A stretch of DNA of 64,000 nucleotides, from sequence record OQ471969.1. One strand, written 5' to 3'. The notes beneath the pieces are model-generated. The model worked only from the letters and a program-made list of their open reading frames with translations, was not told where the DNA came from and made no database searches. Within the stretch, counting starts at the first letter, position 1; every line of letters starts with the position of its first letter. The DNA is from Acinetobacter phage vB_AbaM_ABMM1. Shown piece by piece: positions 19,045-28,653 of this stretch. Position numbers and translations under genes: made by a program.

Positions 19045-20997
19045 GTGAGTGTTAAATCAATTTTCATTCAAACACACGCACCACATCAAAGCCGATTAGT
19101 ACATGGTTTTGACTCCATGGTGAATAGTGGTGCTTGTTCAATTGGGTTTATTAAGGGTGATTACCGTCAAATTAATGCTTTAGTCACTGAAGATTACACG
19201 GAAAATGATTTCTGGCGTGTTGTAAATTTAAAAGGCAAAAAGGGTGGGATAGATGCGTTTGATTCCGTTGCGGTATTAGGCGCTATCGATGACCAGCATG
19301 CAGCTGATTTAGCGATACTGCAATTCGGCCGTATGTTTGATGCTTGTGTTACAGATGTTATTGAAACGAATCAATTTGGACTTAAGCGCCATTTATCATC
19401 ACAACAATTTAATTTGACGGGTTCAAAACCGATTCAAAGATGGCAACTAGAACAATTACAAAATGTTGTAGCAGCTGAAAAACCTGAATGGGATGGAATC
19501 AATTTAATTTCTCATGAGGGTGATACTTCTAAGTTGTTATTAGATATGCAACGAAATGATGATCACAGCCAATTATTGAGTAAATTTGATGGGTTACCTA
19601 CACTTTTATCTAGTCTAGGCGTAGAAGAAGCGCTTTACGACTCTATTATCGTTGATTACCAGCATTTAGAGCAGCTGTCTGCAATTTTGCATCACTCTAT
19701 GGATCAGTTTTCAAAAACTGGCGTCAAAATCGTTAACGTTACGGAAAGTAAGCCATTTAAGCATAAAAAAGTCCTTCAAATTGCTCTTACTTATGATTTT
19801 GATGACGGCCAAAACTTCACAATCCTTTTTCATAAGCCAGATCGATTATCAAAAAAAATTAGTCCAGCAGATTCATTAATTTCATGGAAGATTTTAATGA
19901 ACAATCGGGATATTACGGCTGCAATTCAGCCGAATCAGGGAGAAGGAATTTCAATTCCAGTTCTCGCTGGTCGAATTATGAAGTTGATTAACCAAAATAG
20001 TAATCGTTTTAAGCGGTTACAATCTAAAAAAGCAGAAAAGGCCAAGGCTTTAGCAGATGCTGAACTACGTCTCGAGCAAAAACAAAGTCAATTAAATTCT
20101 TTAAGTGTAGAAATTTCCAATTTATTAAATGAATTGGATCAGTTGCAAAATACATTGTTAACCAAGCAATCTGAAGAAAATGAAGTAATCATTAAAGAGA
20201 ATAGTCTCGATAATGAGTTACCAGATAGTATTTCTGATGAAGAAGCCGAACGTTTAAAAGCCGACTTAAAGCGTTTAAATGCTGATCCTGAATGGGCAGG
20301 TGAAGATGGTTTACGTTACCAAGCATTCTTTGAACGTATCAATAAGGCTCTAGAGGGGGATTCTGATGCAGTAGTTTGGGCACGTGAATGGATTTCTGAT
20401 CTAGATGACCAGGCTTTGGCTCAACAGCAAGCAGAATTAGAAGCAAAAAAACTTATTGATGCCGAAAATGAAGCTAAACAAAAAAGAGATGAAGAAGTAT
20501 TAGCAGCACGTACAGCTGGTATAGCTGAAAACAAAATGATGCAAGCATGGTTAGACACTTTGGAAAATCCTGAAGATTCTAACAACATAGACTTTATGGC
20601 TTGGGTTTCAGATCGCCGTGGTGAATTCTTAAAAAACTGGAATGGTGCCGAAGGTTCACCAGAATATTTAACAGCATTTTATGAATATTCAAGAGCATGG
20701 GCAGATGAACATTTAGCGGATCGCCTCAGAAATAAAGAGCCAGCCCAAAATTCAGATAATGAAGAATTTAAAGAACTAAATGCTCCGACAGAAGTTGAAG
20801 ATCTTCAGCCTAGTACGACAAATGATGAAGGTAATCAACTTTACCGTTCAGTAATTGAAGGGCAGGTTAAAGTTAATCTTGAGTTATTAGAGCAAATTCG
20901 AGATGAAGCAGAAAAAGACTTAAATGATCCACTTCTTATTCCAGCGGTGACAGAGCTCTTGAATCAAGTACAAAAAATGGAAGCGGAGAATATCTAA
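19045..20997 (+). CDS. Hypothetical protein with a globular N-terminal domain and a long acidic coiled-coil C-terminus
   Basis: 650 aa; residues ~330-650 are E/K/Q/L-rich heptad-like sequence. Confidence 0.5.
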   Translation: MSVKSIFIQTHAPHQSRLVHGFDSMVNSGACSIGFIKGDYRQINALVTEDYTENDFWRVVNLKGKKGGIDAFDSVAVLGAIDDQHAADLAILQFGRMFDACVTDVIETNQFGLKRHLSSQQFNLTGSKPIQRWQLEQLQNVVAAEKPEWDGINLISHEGDTSKLLLDMQRNDDHSQLLSKFDGLPTLLSSLGVEEALYDSIIVDYQHLEQLSAILHHSMDQFSKTGVKIVNVTESKPFKHKKVLQIALTYDFDDGQNFTILFHKPDRLSKKISPADSLISWKILMNNRDITAAIQPNQGEGISIPVLAGRIMKLINQNSNRFKRLQSKKAEKAKALADAELRLEQKQSQLNSLSVEISNLLNELDQLQNTLLTKQSEENEVIIKENSLDNELPDSISDEEAERLKADLKRLNADPEWAGEDGLRYQAFFERINKALEGDSDAVVWAREWISDLDDQALAQQQAELEAKKLIDAENEAKQKRDEEVLAARTAGIAENKMMQAWLDTLENPEDSNNIDFMAWVSDRRGEFLKNWNGAEGSPEYLTAFYEYSRAWADEHLADRLRNKEPAQNSDNEEFKELNAPTEVEDLQPSTTNDEGNQLYRSVIEGQVKVNLELLEQIRDEAEKDLNDPLLIPAVTELLNQVQKMEAENI

Positions 20998-22448
20998 TGA
21001 CAACATTAAATCTAATTTCTACTCAAGATATTGCTAAAAATCCATTAGTTGTAATTGATCAAATGATCAGCTTCTTTAAACCTAAACAGCCCTTCACTGG
21101 GCTTTTGAAGGGTAGAACTAATAATGTGAAAACAGCCAAAGGACAAAAGATTTCTACTGTATTCGCTTTAGTTGATATTGATCAAGTCATTGCATCTCAT
21201 ACAGCAACTGGTGCGGAAAACCCTAATTATCCGCAAGAATTGCAGCCACGAGATCGTAGTCGTGAATCCTCACAAGCATGGGTACAGAAAACTGCTAATG
21301 ATTTAGATCCCGAAAGCCTAGGCCGCTCAGGTCGTGCAGATACGGGAGCACCGATTACTGGTGATGATTTAGTGGTTGAATCAGGAAATGGCCGAACAAT
21401 GGCAATCAAGCTTGCCTATGATCGCGGTTCCGCAGATGAGTATAAACAATGGTTGATTGATGAAGCTGATTACTTTGGCTTTAGTAGTGAGCAGGTCCAA
21501 GCAATAGCTCAACCGATTTTGATACGTATTCGTACAACCGAGATTGATAGAGCTCAATTTGCAATAGATGCTAACCAAGATGATAAGTTGTCTTTTACAG
21601 CAACTGAACGTGCTAAAGCTGATGCTAAACGTTTAGATGAGAATTTACTGGCACTTTTTAATCCGAGTGAAGATGGCGATTTATTAGCAGTAAGTAATCA
21701 AAAGTTTATTCAAGGTTTTTTAAGTAAATTAGGTGATACAGAAGCTGCCCAGTACACAACGAAAGATAAAAAACCAACACAAGCACTGATAAACAGAATC
21801 AAGGCCGCAATTTTTAGTAAAGCGTACAATGATGATCGTTTGCTAGAAATGATGGCTGATCATACAAAACCAGATCTTCAAAATATGCTTAATGCGCTTG
21901 GTGTTGCTGCCCCTAAATTTATTGAAGCGCAAGCCATAAGTCGTGGAAATGTTCAAGATATATCAGATCAAATCGTTGATGGAATGGAGCAAGCCATTGA
22001 TCAACGTGTTGCTAATGCAATTATTGATGCAGCAAATACCATTTTATCTGCAAAGCAAAATGATCAAGATATTGTTGAGTTTGTAAAGCAGCAAGGGCTT
22101 TTTGAGGATCTAGGAGAAGGTGTTGCTGAGCTCGCCGTATTTCTCGCCAAGAATAGCCGCAGTTCAAAAAAAATGAGTATGTTATTTAAAGCTTTAGCTG
22201 AATTTGCAGAGAAACAAGCTTTAGATAGCAGCAATGTAGGATTGTTTGGTGAACCTGAACCAGTAAGTGTAAAAGATGCTCTCCAATATGCACAACAAGT
22301 GCTTGGTGATGATTTCATTAGTGTGCAAATGTACGATTCATTATTCTCTAATGCATGTAATTATTTAAAATTAATAGATTATGTATCTAAGGATCCTCTT
22401 TTTGTTATTAAATCATTGATTATAAACATTAAAAAATATAAGTTTTAA
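20997..22448 (+). CDS. ParB/Srx-like N-terminal domain protein
   Basis: 483 aa; ENPNYPQELQPRDRS (ParB box I-like NP.QPR) and LVVESGNGRTMAIKLA (box II-like G.RR..A arrangement); start overlaps the upstream stop. Confidence 0.45.
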   Translation: MTTLNLISTQDIAKNPLVVIDQMISFFKPKQPFTGLLKGRTNNVKTAKGQKISTVFALVDIDQVIASHTATGAENPNYPQELQPRDRSRESSQAWVQKTANDLDPESLGRSGRADTGAPITGDDLVVESGNGRTMAIKLAYDRGSADEYKQWLIDEADYFGFSSEQVQAIAQPILIRIRTTEIDRAQFAIDANQDDKLSFTATERAKADAKRLDENLLALFNPSEDGDLLAVSNQKFIQGFLSKLGDTEAAQYTTKDKKPTQALINRIKAAIFSKAYNDDRLLEMMADHTKPDLQNMLNALGVAAPKFIEAQAISRGNVQDISDQIVDGMEQAIDQRVANAIIDAANTILSAKQNDQDIVEFVKQQGLFEDLGEGVAELAVFLAKNSRSSKKMSMLFKALAEFAEKQALDSSNVGLFGEPEPVSVKDALQYAQQVLGDDFISVQMYDSLFSNACNYLKLIDYVSKDPLFVIKSLIINIKKYKF

Positions 22449-22462
22449 TTTTTAACATTGGT

Positions 22463-22508
22463 ATTAGAACATTTAATTAATCTATTGTTGACTAATAAAT
22501 GTTCTAAT
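22463..22508. promoter_or_regulatory. 13-bp perfect inverted repeat (ATTAGAACATTTA ... TAAATGTTCTAAT) spanning a TTGACT -35-like hexamer
   Basis: Read directly from the sequence, ~90 bp upstream of the 22599 ORF. Confidence 0.45.
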
Positions 22509-22598
22509 ATGTTTTTTGGGAATAATTTAGGAATAAAAAACTATAGAAAAGTAAAAAAATAGTGTATAAAGTTAAGTAAAATATTTTGGAGCCGCTTT

Positions 22599-23228
22599 AT
22601 GGCCATAGCTGAAGAATTACATGTTAAAAGTTTAATCCAACCATATTCTAATTCTATTATTCAGGCTATTAAGGAGGCGTGGTCATTGTGGCTGCAAAGT
22701 CCTTTTTTTGGAAAATGGAGTTCACGCGGACGTGCCACATTCGTTTGGGAAACTGTAATTAATTTACTCAAAGAAAAATTTATGGGACGTAGTGACGTTT
22801 TTATTATAGATAAAGGTGTTACGGTACTTTTTGTAATTCAACAGCAAGTTGTTTTTCGTTTTAAATTGGCAGATAGGACTGGAAGAAGTAAAAACGTTCA
22901 AACAGATTCGGCTAAAAGCTTTCATGATCCTGAACTCAATTATAATTTATTAGCTGAAGCTGATATAGCTAGTAATATTCCACGTATTGAAGTTATCTAT
23001 ACTTTAAATAAGTCTGCTACTCAAATCGATAATATCAAAATGATTGCTAGAGATAAAAATTCCGTTGCTTGGAATGTAAGTTTAATTGATAGCCAAACAT
23101 CATTCGTTGAATTTGACGAAAGCAAAGATACAAGTGACTTTGATACTGTTAAGGATAATCAAACAAAACGTCGTTTCAAAGGGAAATCCACTGGCGGTGG
23201 ATTTAAAAAAGCAGAAGGTGAATCGTGA
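22599..23228 (+). CDS. Hypothetical protein, partner of the HTH-ImmA gene
   Basis: 209 aa; stop overlaps the start of the next ORF (GTGA). Confidence 0.5.
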   Translation: MAIAEELHVKSLIQPYSNSIIQAIKEAWSLWLQSPFFGKWSSRGRATFVWETVINLLKEKFMGRSDVFIIDKGVTVLFVIQQQVVFRFKLADRTGRSKNVQTDSAKSFHDPELNYNLLAEADIASNIPRIEVIYTLNKSATQIDNIKMIARDKNSVAWNVSLIDSQTSFVEFDESKDTSDFDTVKDNQTKRRFKGKSTGGGFKKAEGES

Positions 23229-24304
23229 GTAATTTGACCTTTAATCCTGAGTTATTAAGGATAGTAAGGCAGTTTAGAGGGTTTGGACAAACAGCTCTTG
23301 CTAAAATGGCTTCATTGTCTCAGGGAACTCTGTCAAAAATTGAAGCAGGATTGTTAGAGCCTAATGAGGAAATGGTTTCAAATCTTGCCAAAGTTTTAAA
23401 CTTTCCCGTTTCAATATTTTATGAGACCTATAAGCCATTTGGTTTACCGTTAAGTGTTCATCCCATGTACAGGAAGAACTCTTCAATCGGTAAAAGGGCT
23501 ATTGAACAACTTGAAGCTGAACTTAATATTCGATTATTTAACTCTATGAAGTTAGTTAAAGCTATTGAGTTTGAGGAGGATTTACCACTTCCTTTTTTAA
23601 GTTTAGATATATATGAAACTCCTGAAAAAGTTGCTGAATTGCTCAGAAGAACTTGGTTAATTCCTAATGGCCCATTAAAGAATTTAACCGATTATGTTGA
23701 GAGGGCAGGGTGTCTCGTATTTCATTGCGATTTCTCTCAAGAAGGTGTGTCTGGTGTAACAATAAAAGTACCTGGTTTAAACCCTTGTATTTTTATTGAT
23801 AAAAATATGCCCTCAGATAGACAACGTTTCACACTGGCGCATGAGTTAGGTCATGCAATTATGCATAAACTCCCTTCAGAAAATATGGAGGATGAGGCTA
23901 ACCGTTTTGCAAGTGCTCTTTTGATGCCTTCAAAAGATATTAGACCATATCTTACTGGGAAAATTACTTTAGAAAAGCTCGCTACCTTAAAGTTGGTTTG
24001 GAAAGTTTCTATGAATGCTCTTCTTAAAACAGCAGAACGAGAAGGCTTATTAACACCATCCCAGAAAAAGTATCTATGGATACAAATGACTAAGAATGGT
24101 TATAGGACTAAGGAACCTGTAGAGTTGGATTTTCCTAAAGAAAAGGCTGTAACTATAGATCAAATTTTTGAATACTATAGAGAAGACTTAGGTTACTCAA
24201 TTGATGAGTTATCTAATTTATTGCAAACACCAAAAGAAGACATTGATTCACTCTACTCATTAAATATAGTTAAGAAAAAACCAAATATACGAATTTTAGA
24301 ATAA
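23225..24304 (+). CDS. XRE-family HTH fused to an ImmA/IrrE-type zinc metallopeptidase
   Basis: 359 aa; N-terminal HTH (TALAKMASLSQGTLSKIE); HEXXH motif in FTLAHELGHAIMH. Confidence 0.7.
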   Translation: MSNLTFNPELLRIVRQFRGFGQTALAKMASLSQGTLSKIEAGLLEPNEEMVSNLAKVLNFPVSIFYETYKPFGLPLSVHPMYRKNSSIGKRAIEQLEAELNIRLFNSMKLVKAIEFEEDLPLPFLSLDIYETPEKVAELLRRTWLIPNGPLKNLTDYVERAGCLVFHCDFSQEGVSGVTIKVPGLNPCIFIDKNMPSDRQRFTLAHELGHAIMHKLPSENMEDEANRFASALLMPSKDIRPYLTGKITLEKLATLKLVWKVSMNALLKTAEREGLLTPSQKKYLWIQMTKNGYRTKEPVELDFPKEKAVTIDQIFEYYREDLGYSIDELSNLLQTPKEDIDSLYSLNIVKKKPNIRILE

Positions 24305-24308
24305 GATA

Positions 24309-24338
24309 GGCCCTCCATTAGGAGGGTTTCCTTTTTTA
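24309..24338 (+). terminator. Rho-independent terminator
   Basis: ggccctccattaggagggtttcctttttt. Confidence 0.65.
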
Positions 24339-24519
24339 ATAAAAAAACTTTTCTTTTTAAAAAAAATAGTCATAATAAATCTATGCTTCCACACTAAGCT
24401 TGTCACTCCAACCGTATTACGGAGCGAACATTCCTTAAGTAATGATGTGTACGTATATATGATTTACAACATTAGTGTAGATCTAGATTTTTGGAGTGGT
24501 CTAATTTTTATCTACACAG

Positions 24520-25233
24520 ATGGACCGTATAATCATGTCTGATAAGAACTTCGTATTTCCTTCAGGATTGACCAGTCAACGTGCTAGAGCTTTAGCTAAA
24601 GAAGCAAAAAAACTAAATGGTACGCAACTTTCATGTGAGCTGGATTTAATATCTAAAAAAGAATGTCAACTCCCATGGCATAAAGCAGTTGCTAAGTTTA
24701 CTAATGAAGATATCTCAATTCTACATTTGAAAGTAGAAGATATTTTGAAAAAAAACCCATTATTGGGTTATGGTGGATTCTATTCTCCATTAATATTTTC
24801 AGATCGTTATTATCAACGTCAATATAGAATGTCTAAAATAGAGTATGAACAGCATTTTATTGAAGGCCGAATTTTAAGTACAGACTGGTTAAAACAAATA
24901 GAATATGCTCAGCAGTTTATGTCATATTTTGGAAAAAATAAGAATATAAATAATAATATGTTAGGTTCTTATGGGTTAAAACATATGTGTGAGGATTACT
25001 ATGGAGAAATATGTGGTCAGCATACTTATATATCTAATGGTGCATTAATCATAGGTGCTATTTTAAATAATTTCAATTTTGAGCAATATAGTGAATATCA
25101 TATTAACTGTAGTTTTAATATTAGTAAAAAAAGTGAATTTTACCAATGGTATAAAATGTGGAAATATGGCTACAGGCCAAGTCAGTATCTAAAGTTTAAG
25201 ATATTGGACCAAAAATATAGATCTAATAGCTAA
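24520..25233 (+). CDS. Hypothetical protein in a very AT-rich region (orphan/moron)
   Basis: 237 aa; Y/N/K-rich; bounded by terminators at 24309 and 25318; local GC visibly lower than the flanks. Confidence 0.5.
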   Translation: MDRIIMSDKNFVFPSGLTSQRARALAKEAKKLNGTQLSCELDLISKKECQLPWHKAVAKFTNEDISILHLKVEDILKKNPLLGYGGFYSPLIFSDRYYQRQYRMSKIEYEQHFIEGRILSTDWLKQIEYAQQFMSYFGKNKNINNNMLGSYGLKHMCEDYYGEICGQHTYISNGALIIGAILNNFNFEQYSEYHINCSFNISKKSEFYQWYKMWKYGYRPSQYLKFKILDQKYRSNS

Positions 25234-25317
25234 AGCTTTAGTTAAAAAGACATGAATTAAAAAAGTAATCGATAAATCAAGGGAAATCGTTTAACTGTTC
25301 GTAAGGTGCTTAACAAA

Positions 25318-25346
25318 TGAAAACCAGCTAACTAGCTGGTTTTCTT
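25318..25346. terminator. Hairpin terminator at the 3' end of ant2
   Basis: aaaccagctaactagctggtttt. Confidence 0.55.
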
Positions 25347-25391
25347 AATTTGGGGAGTTCTGGTGGAACATCTTAAAATAATTATATGCCC

Positions 25392-26291
25392 TTATCCTCT
25401 GATAGGTTCATAGGGAAACCTCTTTAAAACTTTACCTAATTCAAGTACCTCATCTTTATGTAAAAAATCCCATAGTTGATTGAATTTCTCCCGAAGTTGT
25501 ACGACATTTACAGGTGTATGATGTGAAGTGTATTGATGTACTGCAACAGCACCACTTTCCTGAATTGAAATCCAGAAGTTTTTAGGGCCATTTGGAGATT
25601 GATACTTTAACTTTTCACCTACTTGTTGAGCAATTTCATAAGCCAGAGGGTTTTCTAATGCTGGATAACGTGATGAAACTCGATCTAAAAGATTTTCAAG
25701 CCGTTGTAAAGGATCTGATTCCACTTTTTCAACAACATTGATTGATTCTAAGTATTGTTTAGCTTCTTCAAAATGTATTGATAAAAGTTGGCTGTACTTA
25801 GCTATGCCAAAATGTCTGTTATGCCGTACCCACATAGATGCCCGTTGGCTGCGGTTTTTACCAGCACGGCGGTCAACTATCTCATGTAGTGCATGCTGCT
25901 GCTCAGGGGTAATCGTAAGACGTTTGTTTATTGCCTGTCCTTTTGTCCAGTAATCCCAAAGCACATCATCACATTCTTGTTGATACATGATGACTGTTTC
26001 GCGAAGTTCAGGCCGGACTTTGTTGGCGTGGATTGAGTAAAGCCATGCAGCTAATTTTCGGACAGGTAAGCAAGTCATTAAGCGACTTTTCCCATCATTG
26101 GCAACTGTGGTGATTTCCACCATAGTTGCACTGAAACGATCTTTTAATTTAACAAACTGGCTTTTCCAATCTAGCCCCATAGCTTCAACGATAGGTTTCA
26201 TTGGTGTATAAGGCTGCCCATGATGTTCAATAATCATAAGTTCTGCATCATGAAATGGTACAACTTGTGGTATGTATGATAAATTAGACAT
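25392..26291 (-). CDS. Phage antirepressor-like protein, paralog 2
   Basis: Six-frame ORF is 25392-26450; the start is assigned to Met54 (MSNLSYIPQVVPFHDAEL) by alignment with the other two copies and an aggat RBS. Confidence 0.6.
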   Translation of the reverse strand: MSNLSYIPQVVPFHDAELMIIEHHGQPYTPMKPIVEAMGLDWKSQFVKLKDRFSATMVEITTVANDGKSRLMTCLPVRKLAAWLYSIHANKVRPELRETVIMYQQECDDVLWDYWTKGQAINKRLTITPEQQHALHEIVDRRAGKNRSQRASMWVRHNRHFGIAKYSQLLSIHFEEAKQYLESINVVEKVESDPLQRLENLLDRVSSRYPALENPLAYEIAQQVGEKLKYQSPNGPKNFWISIQESGAVAVHQYTSHHTPVNVVQLREKFNQLWDFLHKDEVLELGKVLKRFPYEPIRG

Positions 26292-26320
26292 ATCAATATC
26301 CTTTCGTGGTTGTTGATAGA

Positions 26321-26363
26321 AGCCCTTGCATTTGGTTGGTAGCCTGCAAGGGCTTTGTTGTTT
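26321..26363 (+). terminator. Terminator-like hairpin antisense to the ant2 leader
   Basis: agcccttgca / tgcaagggct 10-bp inverted repeat followed by ttgttgttt; 30 nt upstream of the ant2 start. Confidence 0.5.
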
Positions 26364-26492
26364 CAGGTTTAGAGCCTGTTGTGAATAACTATATATAGTG
26401 TATTTAAATAATGCAATATTAAAATAAATTAAAATATAAAAAGAATGCAATCTTACTGTGTTATGATTAATTATCTTTTTTAGAGAATTGAG

Positions 26493-26741
26493 ATGATTAA
26501 GAATAATATTATTGCCTTACGAGATAAGGCCGGCATGACGGCGTATCAGTTAGCGAAACAATGCGGATTTATTTCAAATAACCATGTACTGGGAAAGAAG
26601 ATAAGTGACGCAGAAAAAGGAAAAAATATCACAATTGAAACGGCTTTTTTAATCTACACTGAACTCAAAAAAGCTGGTGTATGCGAGAAGTTTGAAGATG
26701 TCTTTTGGCTTGAATGTGATGATAAAGATATCGAAAACTAA
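26493..26741 (+). CDS. Small HTH protein divergent from ant2
   Basis: 82 aa; paralog of 1451-1705 with an identical C-terminal 24 aa. Confidence 0.55.
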   Translation: MIKNNIIALRDKAGMTAYQLAKQCGFISNNHVLGKKISDAEKGKNITIETAFLIYTELKKAGVCEKFEDVFWLECDDKDIEN

Positions 26742-26828
26742 AAATATTTTTTGTAGAGTTGGAACTAACTAATTTTTAAACTTTCATATTTGTAAATAAT
26801 GGTCCTATTCAATGAGTAGGGCTTTTTT

Positions 26829-27623
26829 ATGTCCAAAGCTTTAGCTTATGCACCAGCTGTAAATACAGCAAAAACTAATTTACCAAGTAATGAATCAGAT
26901 CCATTCTATGGTTCTATTTCAAAGCACAAATACGCAGAGTTTTCTCTATGTGACAAAGAGGGGAATCCTATTGCTGGCTCGCCAGTGATTAGAGCCTTAT
27001 TAACGGACGGTGATAAAAGCATTGAGAGCCAATGGCAAACTCCATTTGAGAATAGTAATCCTGAGCTAAAAATGCCTATGCTCATGGCAGGCTTACAATC
27101 AGGTCAGCTATCACAAGTCGCTGAACAGATGCAAAGTAATCCTATAGCTCAAGTTTTATCAAAACTTGGGGTTCAAGATGCTATGCAGAGCGTTGAAGGG
27201 CGTACCAATCTAACTAAAGTGAATACAACTCAAGTATTCCTATCTACTTCTTCAGTACGGCTCAACCTTTCTATTTTCTTCCTTGCCTTTAGTGATGCGA
27301 AAACAGAAGTTGAAGACAGGATCATGCAATTAGAGGCTTGGAGTCTTCCAGTTTCTTTATCTTCTGATTCTACACTTCAGAATGTGGTTAATGACTCAAA
27401 CTCAACTTTAGAAGGGTTGTTTTCAGGTGTAATCCCACCCTTTGTGTCTCTGACAACTCACGGCAAAACTTATAAACCTTTCATTATTGAAAGTGTTTCT
27501 GCACCAATTGTTGCGCCAATTGATGAGAAAGGTAACCGGTTAAGTTTGGCCGTGAATATAAGTTTGATGAGTCGAACTGCATGGGATTCAAAAGACATTT
27601 ATTCATTGTATGGAGGCAACTAA
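26829..27623 (+). CDS. Hypothetical phage structural-like protein
   Basis: 264 aa; its 5' end is duplicated at 1796. Confidence 0.45.
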   Translation: MSKALAYAPAVNTAKTNLPSNESDPFYGSISKHKYAEFSLCDKEGNPIAGSPVIRALLTDGDKSIESQWQTPFENSNPELKMPMLMAGLQSGQLSQVAEQMQSNPIAQVLSKLGVQDAMQSVEGRTNLTKVNTTQVFLSTSSVRLNLSIFFLAFSDAKTEVEDRIMQLEAWSLPVSLSSDSTLQNVVNDSNSTLEGLFSGVIPPFVSLTTHGKTYKPFIIESVSAPIVAPIDEKGNRLSLAVNISLMSRTAWDSKDIYSLYGGN

Positions 27624-28321
27624 TGATTACTTTTGATCCAGTGTATGTAGGCGATAATACTTTTCAAATGCAAGAATTGAGTTTTGAGCAGTGTCTTAAA
27701 ATTTCAATCATTGCGCCGAATTTAAATGAAAAAAGACTTACAGCTTTTCTTAAATCAGCTTTAGATAGTGTGTTTGATCCTTTGGTTTTAACTATTCAAG
27801 AACGATATTTACTGCTGCTGAAGTATCTTGAAAAACAAAGTAATACTATGTTGGAGGTGAACACAGACTGGTCTAAAGTTTTCCTTCAATCAGAAAATAA
27901 TTGGAAAACTGAAACTACTCAAAATGGAATTACGGTTAGACAGCTTATTGGAATGGAAGCGGAGTTCTTAGAGGCAAATTGTAAGAATGTCGCTGAATGG
28001 ATTGCCTGCATGATGGCTTTTCAGTTGAGTTATTCTAATCATGAGCACTTAGCTTTATTACCGGATAGAACAAATCCTAAATTATTTGAAGAACGATTTA
28101 AGCAGCGGCTAGATTTTATTAAGAAAATGCCAGCTAGTGATTTTGATTTGTGCTATCAAGACTTTAATAATTTAAACAATGAGTTATTTACTCATTTACG
28201 GTTAAGCGTTGATAACCACGGTATTTTAGTGGAAAGAGGTGCAGATGACGCGCCTGCACGATTTCGCACCGCTTCCATCTTTACAGGAATCATCAAAGAG
28301 TTGGACCGATCTTTTGCTTGA
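27623..28321 (+). CDS. Hypothetical protein
   Basis: ggagg RBS plus ATG at 27623, overlapping the upstream stop (TAATG); the six-frame ORF extends back to 27581. Confidence 0.45.
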   Translation: MITFDPVYVGDNTFQMQELSFEQCLKISIIAPNLNEKRLTAFLKSALDSVFDPLVLTIQERYLLLLKYLEKQSNTMLEVNTDWSKVFLQSENNWKTETTQNGITVRQLIGMEAEFLEANCKNVAEWIACMMAFQLSYSNHEHLALLPDRTNPKLFEERFKQRLDFIKKMPASDFDLCYQDFNNLNNELFTHLRLSVDNHGILVERGADDAPARFRTASIFTGIIKELDRSFA

Positions 28322-28532
28322 GACAGCAAGTAGTATTTCTGAAAACTGCCCAATGCCTTTATCGGATGCATTAAAAATGCCTTTGAGTTTTGAAAGTACT
28401 TACTTCAATTCATCAGCATGGGAAAACCGCAAGAAGTATTTAGAAAATGAAATTGAACGTCATAACGTATTCTTAAAATTAGGTCAAGAAGTCATTAAGG
28501 GATTAAATGCCCTAGCAAGTAGAGGCCGATAG
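28245..28532 (+). CDS. Hypothetical protein
   Basis: Six-frame ORF 28239-28532; ATG at 28245 follows a gaaagagg RBS. Confidence 0.3.
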   Translation: MTRLHDFAPLPSLQESSKSWTDLLLETASSISENCPMPLSDALKMPLSFESTYFNSSAWENRKKYLENEIERHNVFLKLGQEVIKGLNALASRGR

Positions 28533-28653
28533 TTTTCATGTAGAAAAGTCTGATTAATTTAGACTTTTTTCGTGCTTTGTATTTGGAACCATACTCTATT
28601 TAGAACAATAACACTTGCAAAAATAGCTCCAAATGAAACGTGGGGAATAGGTC

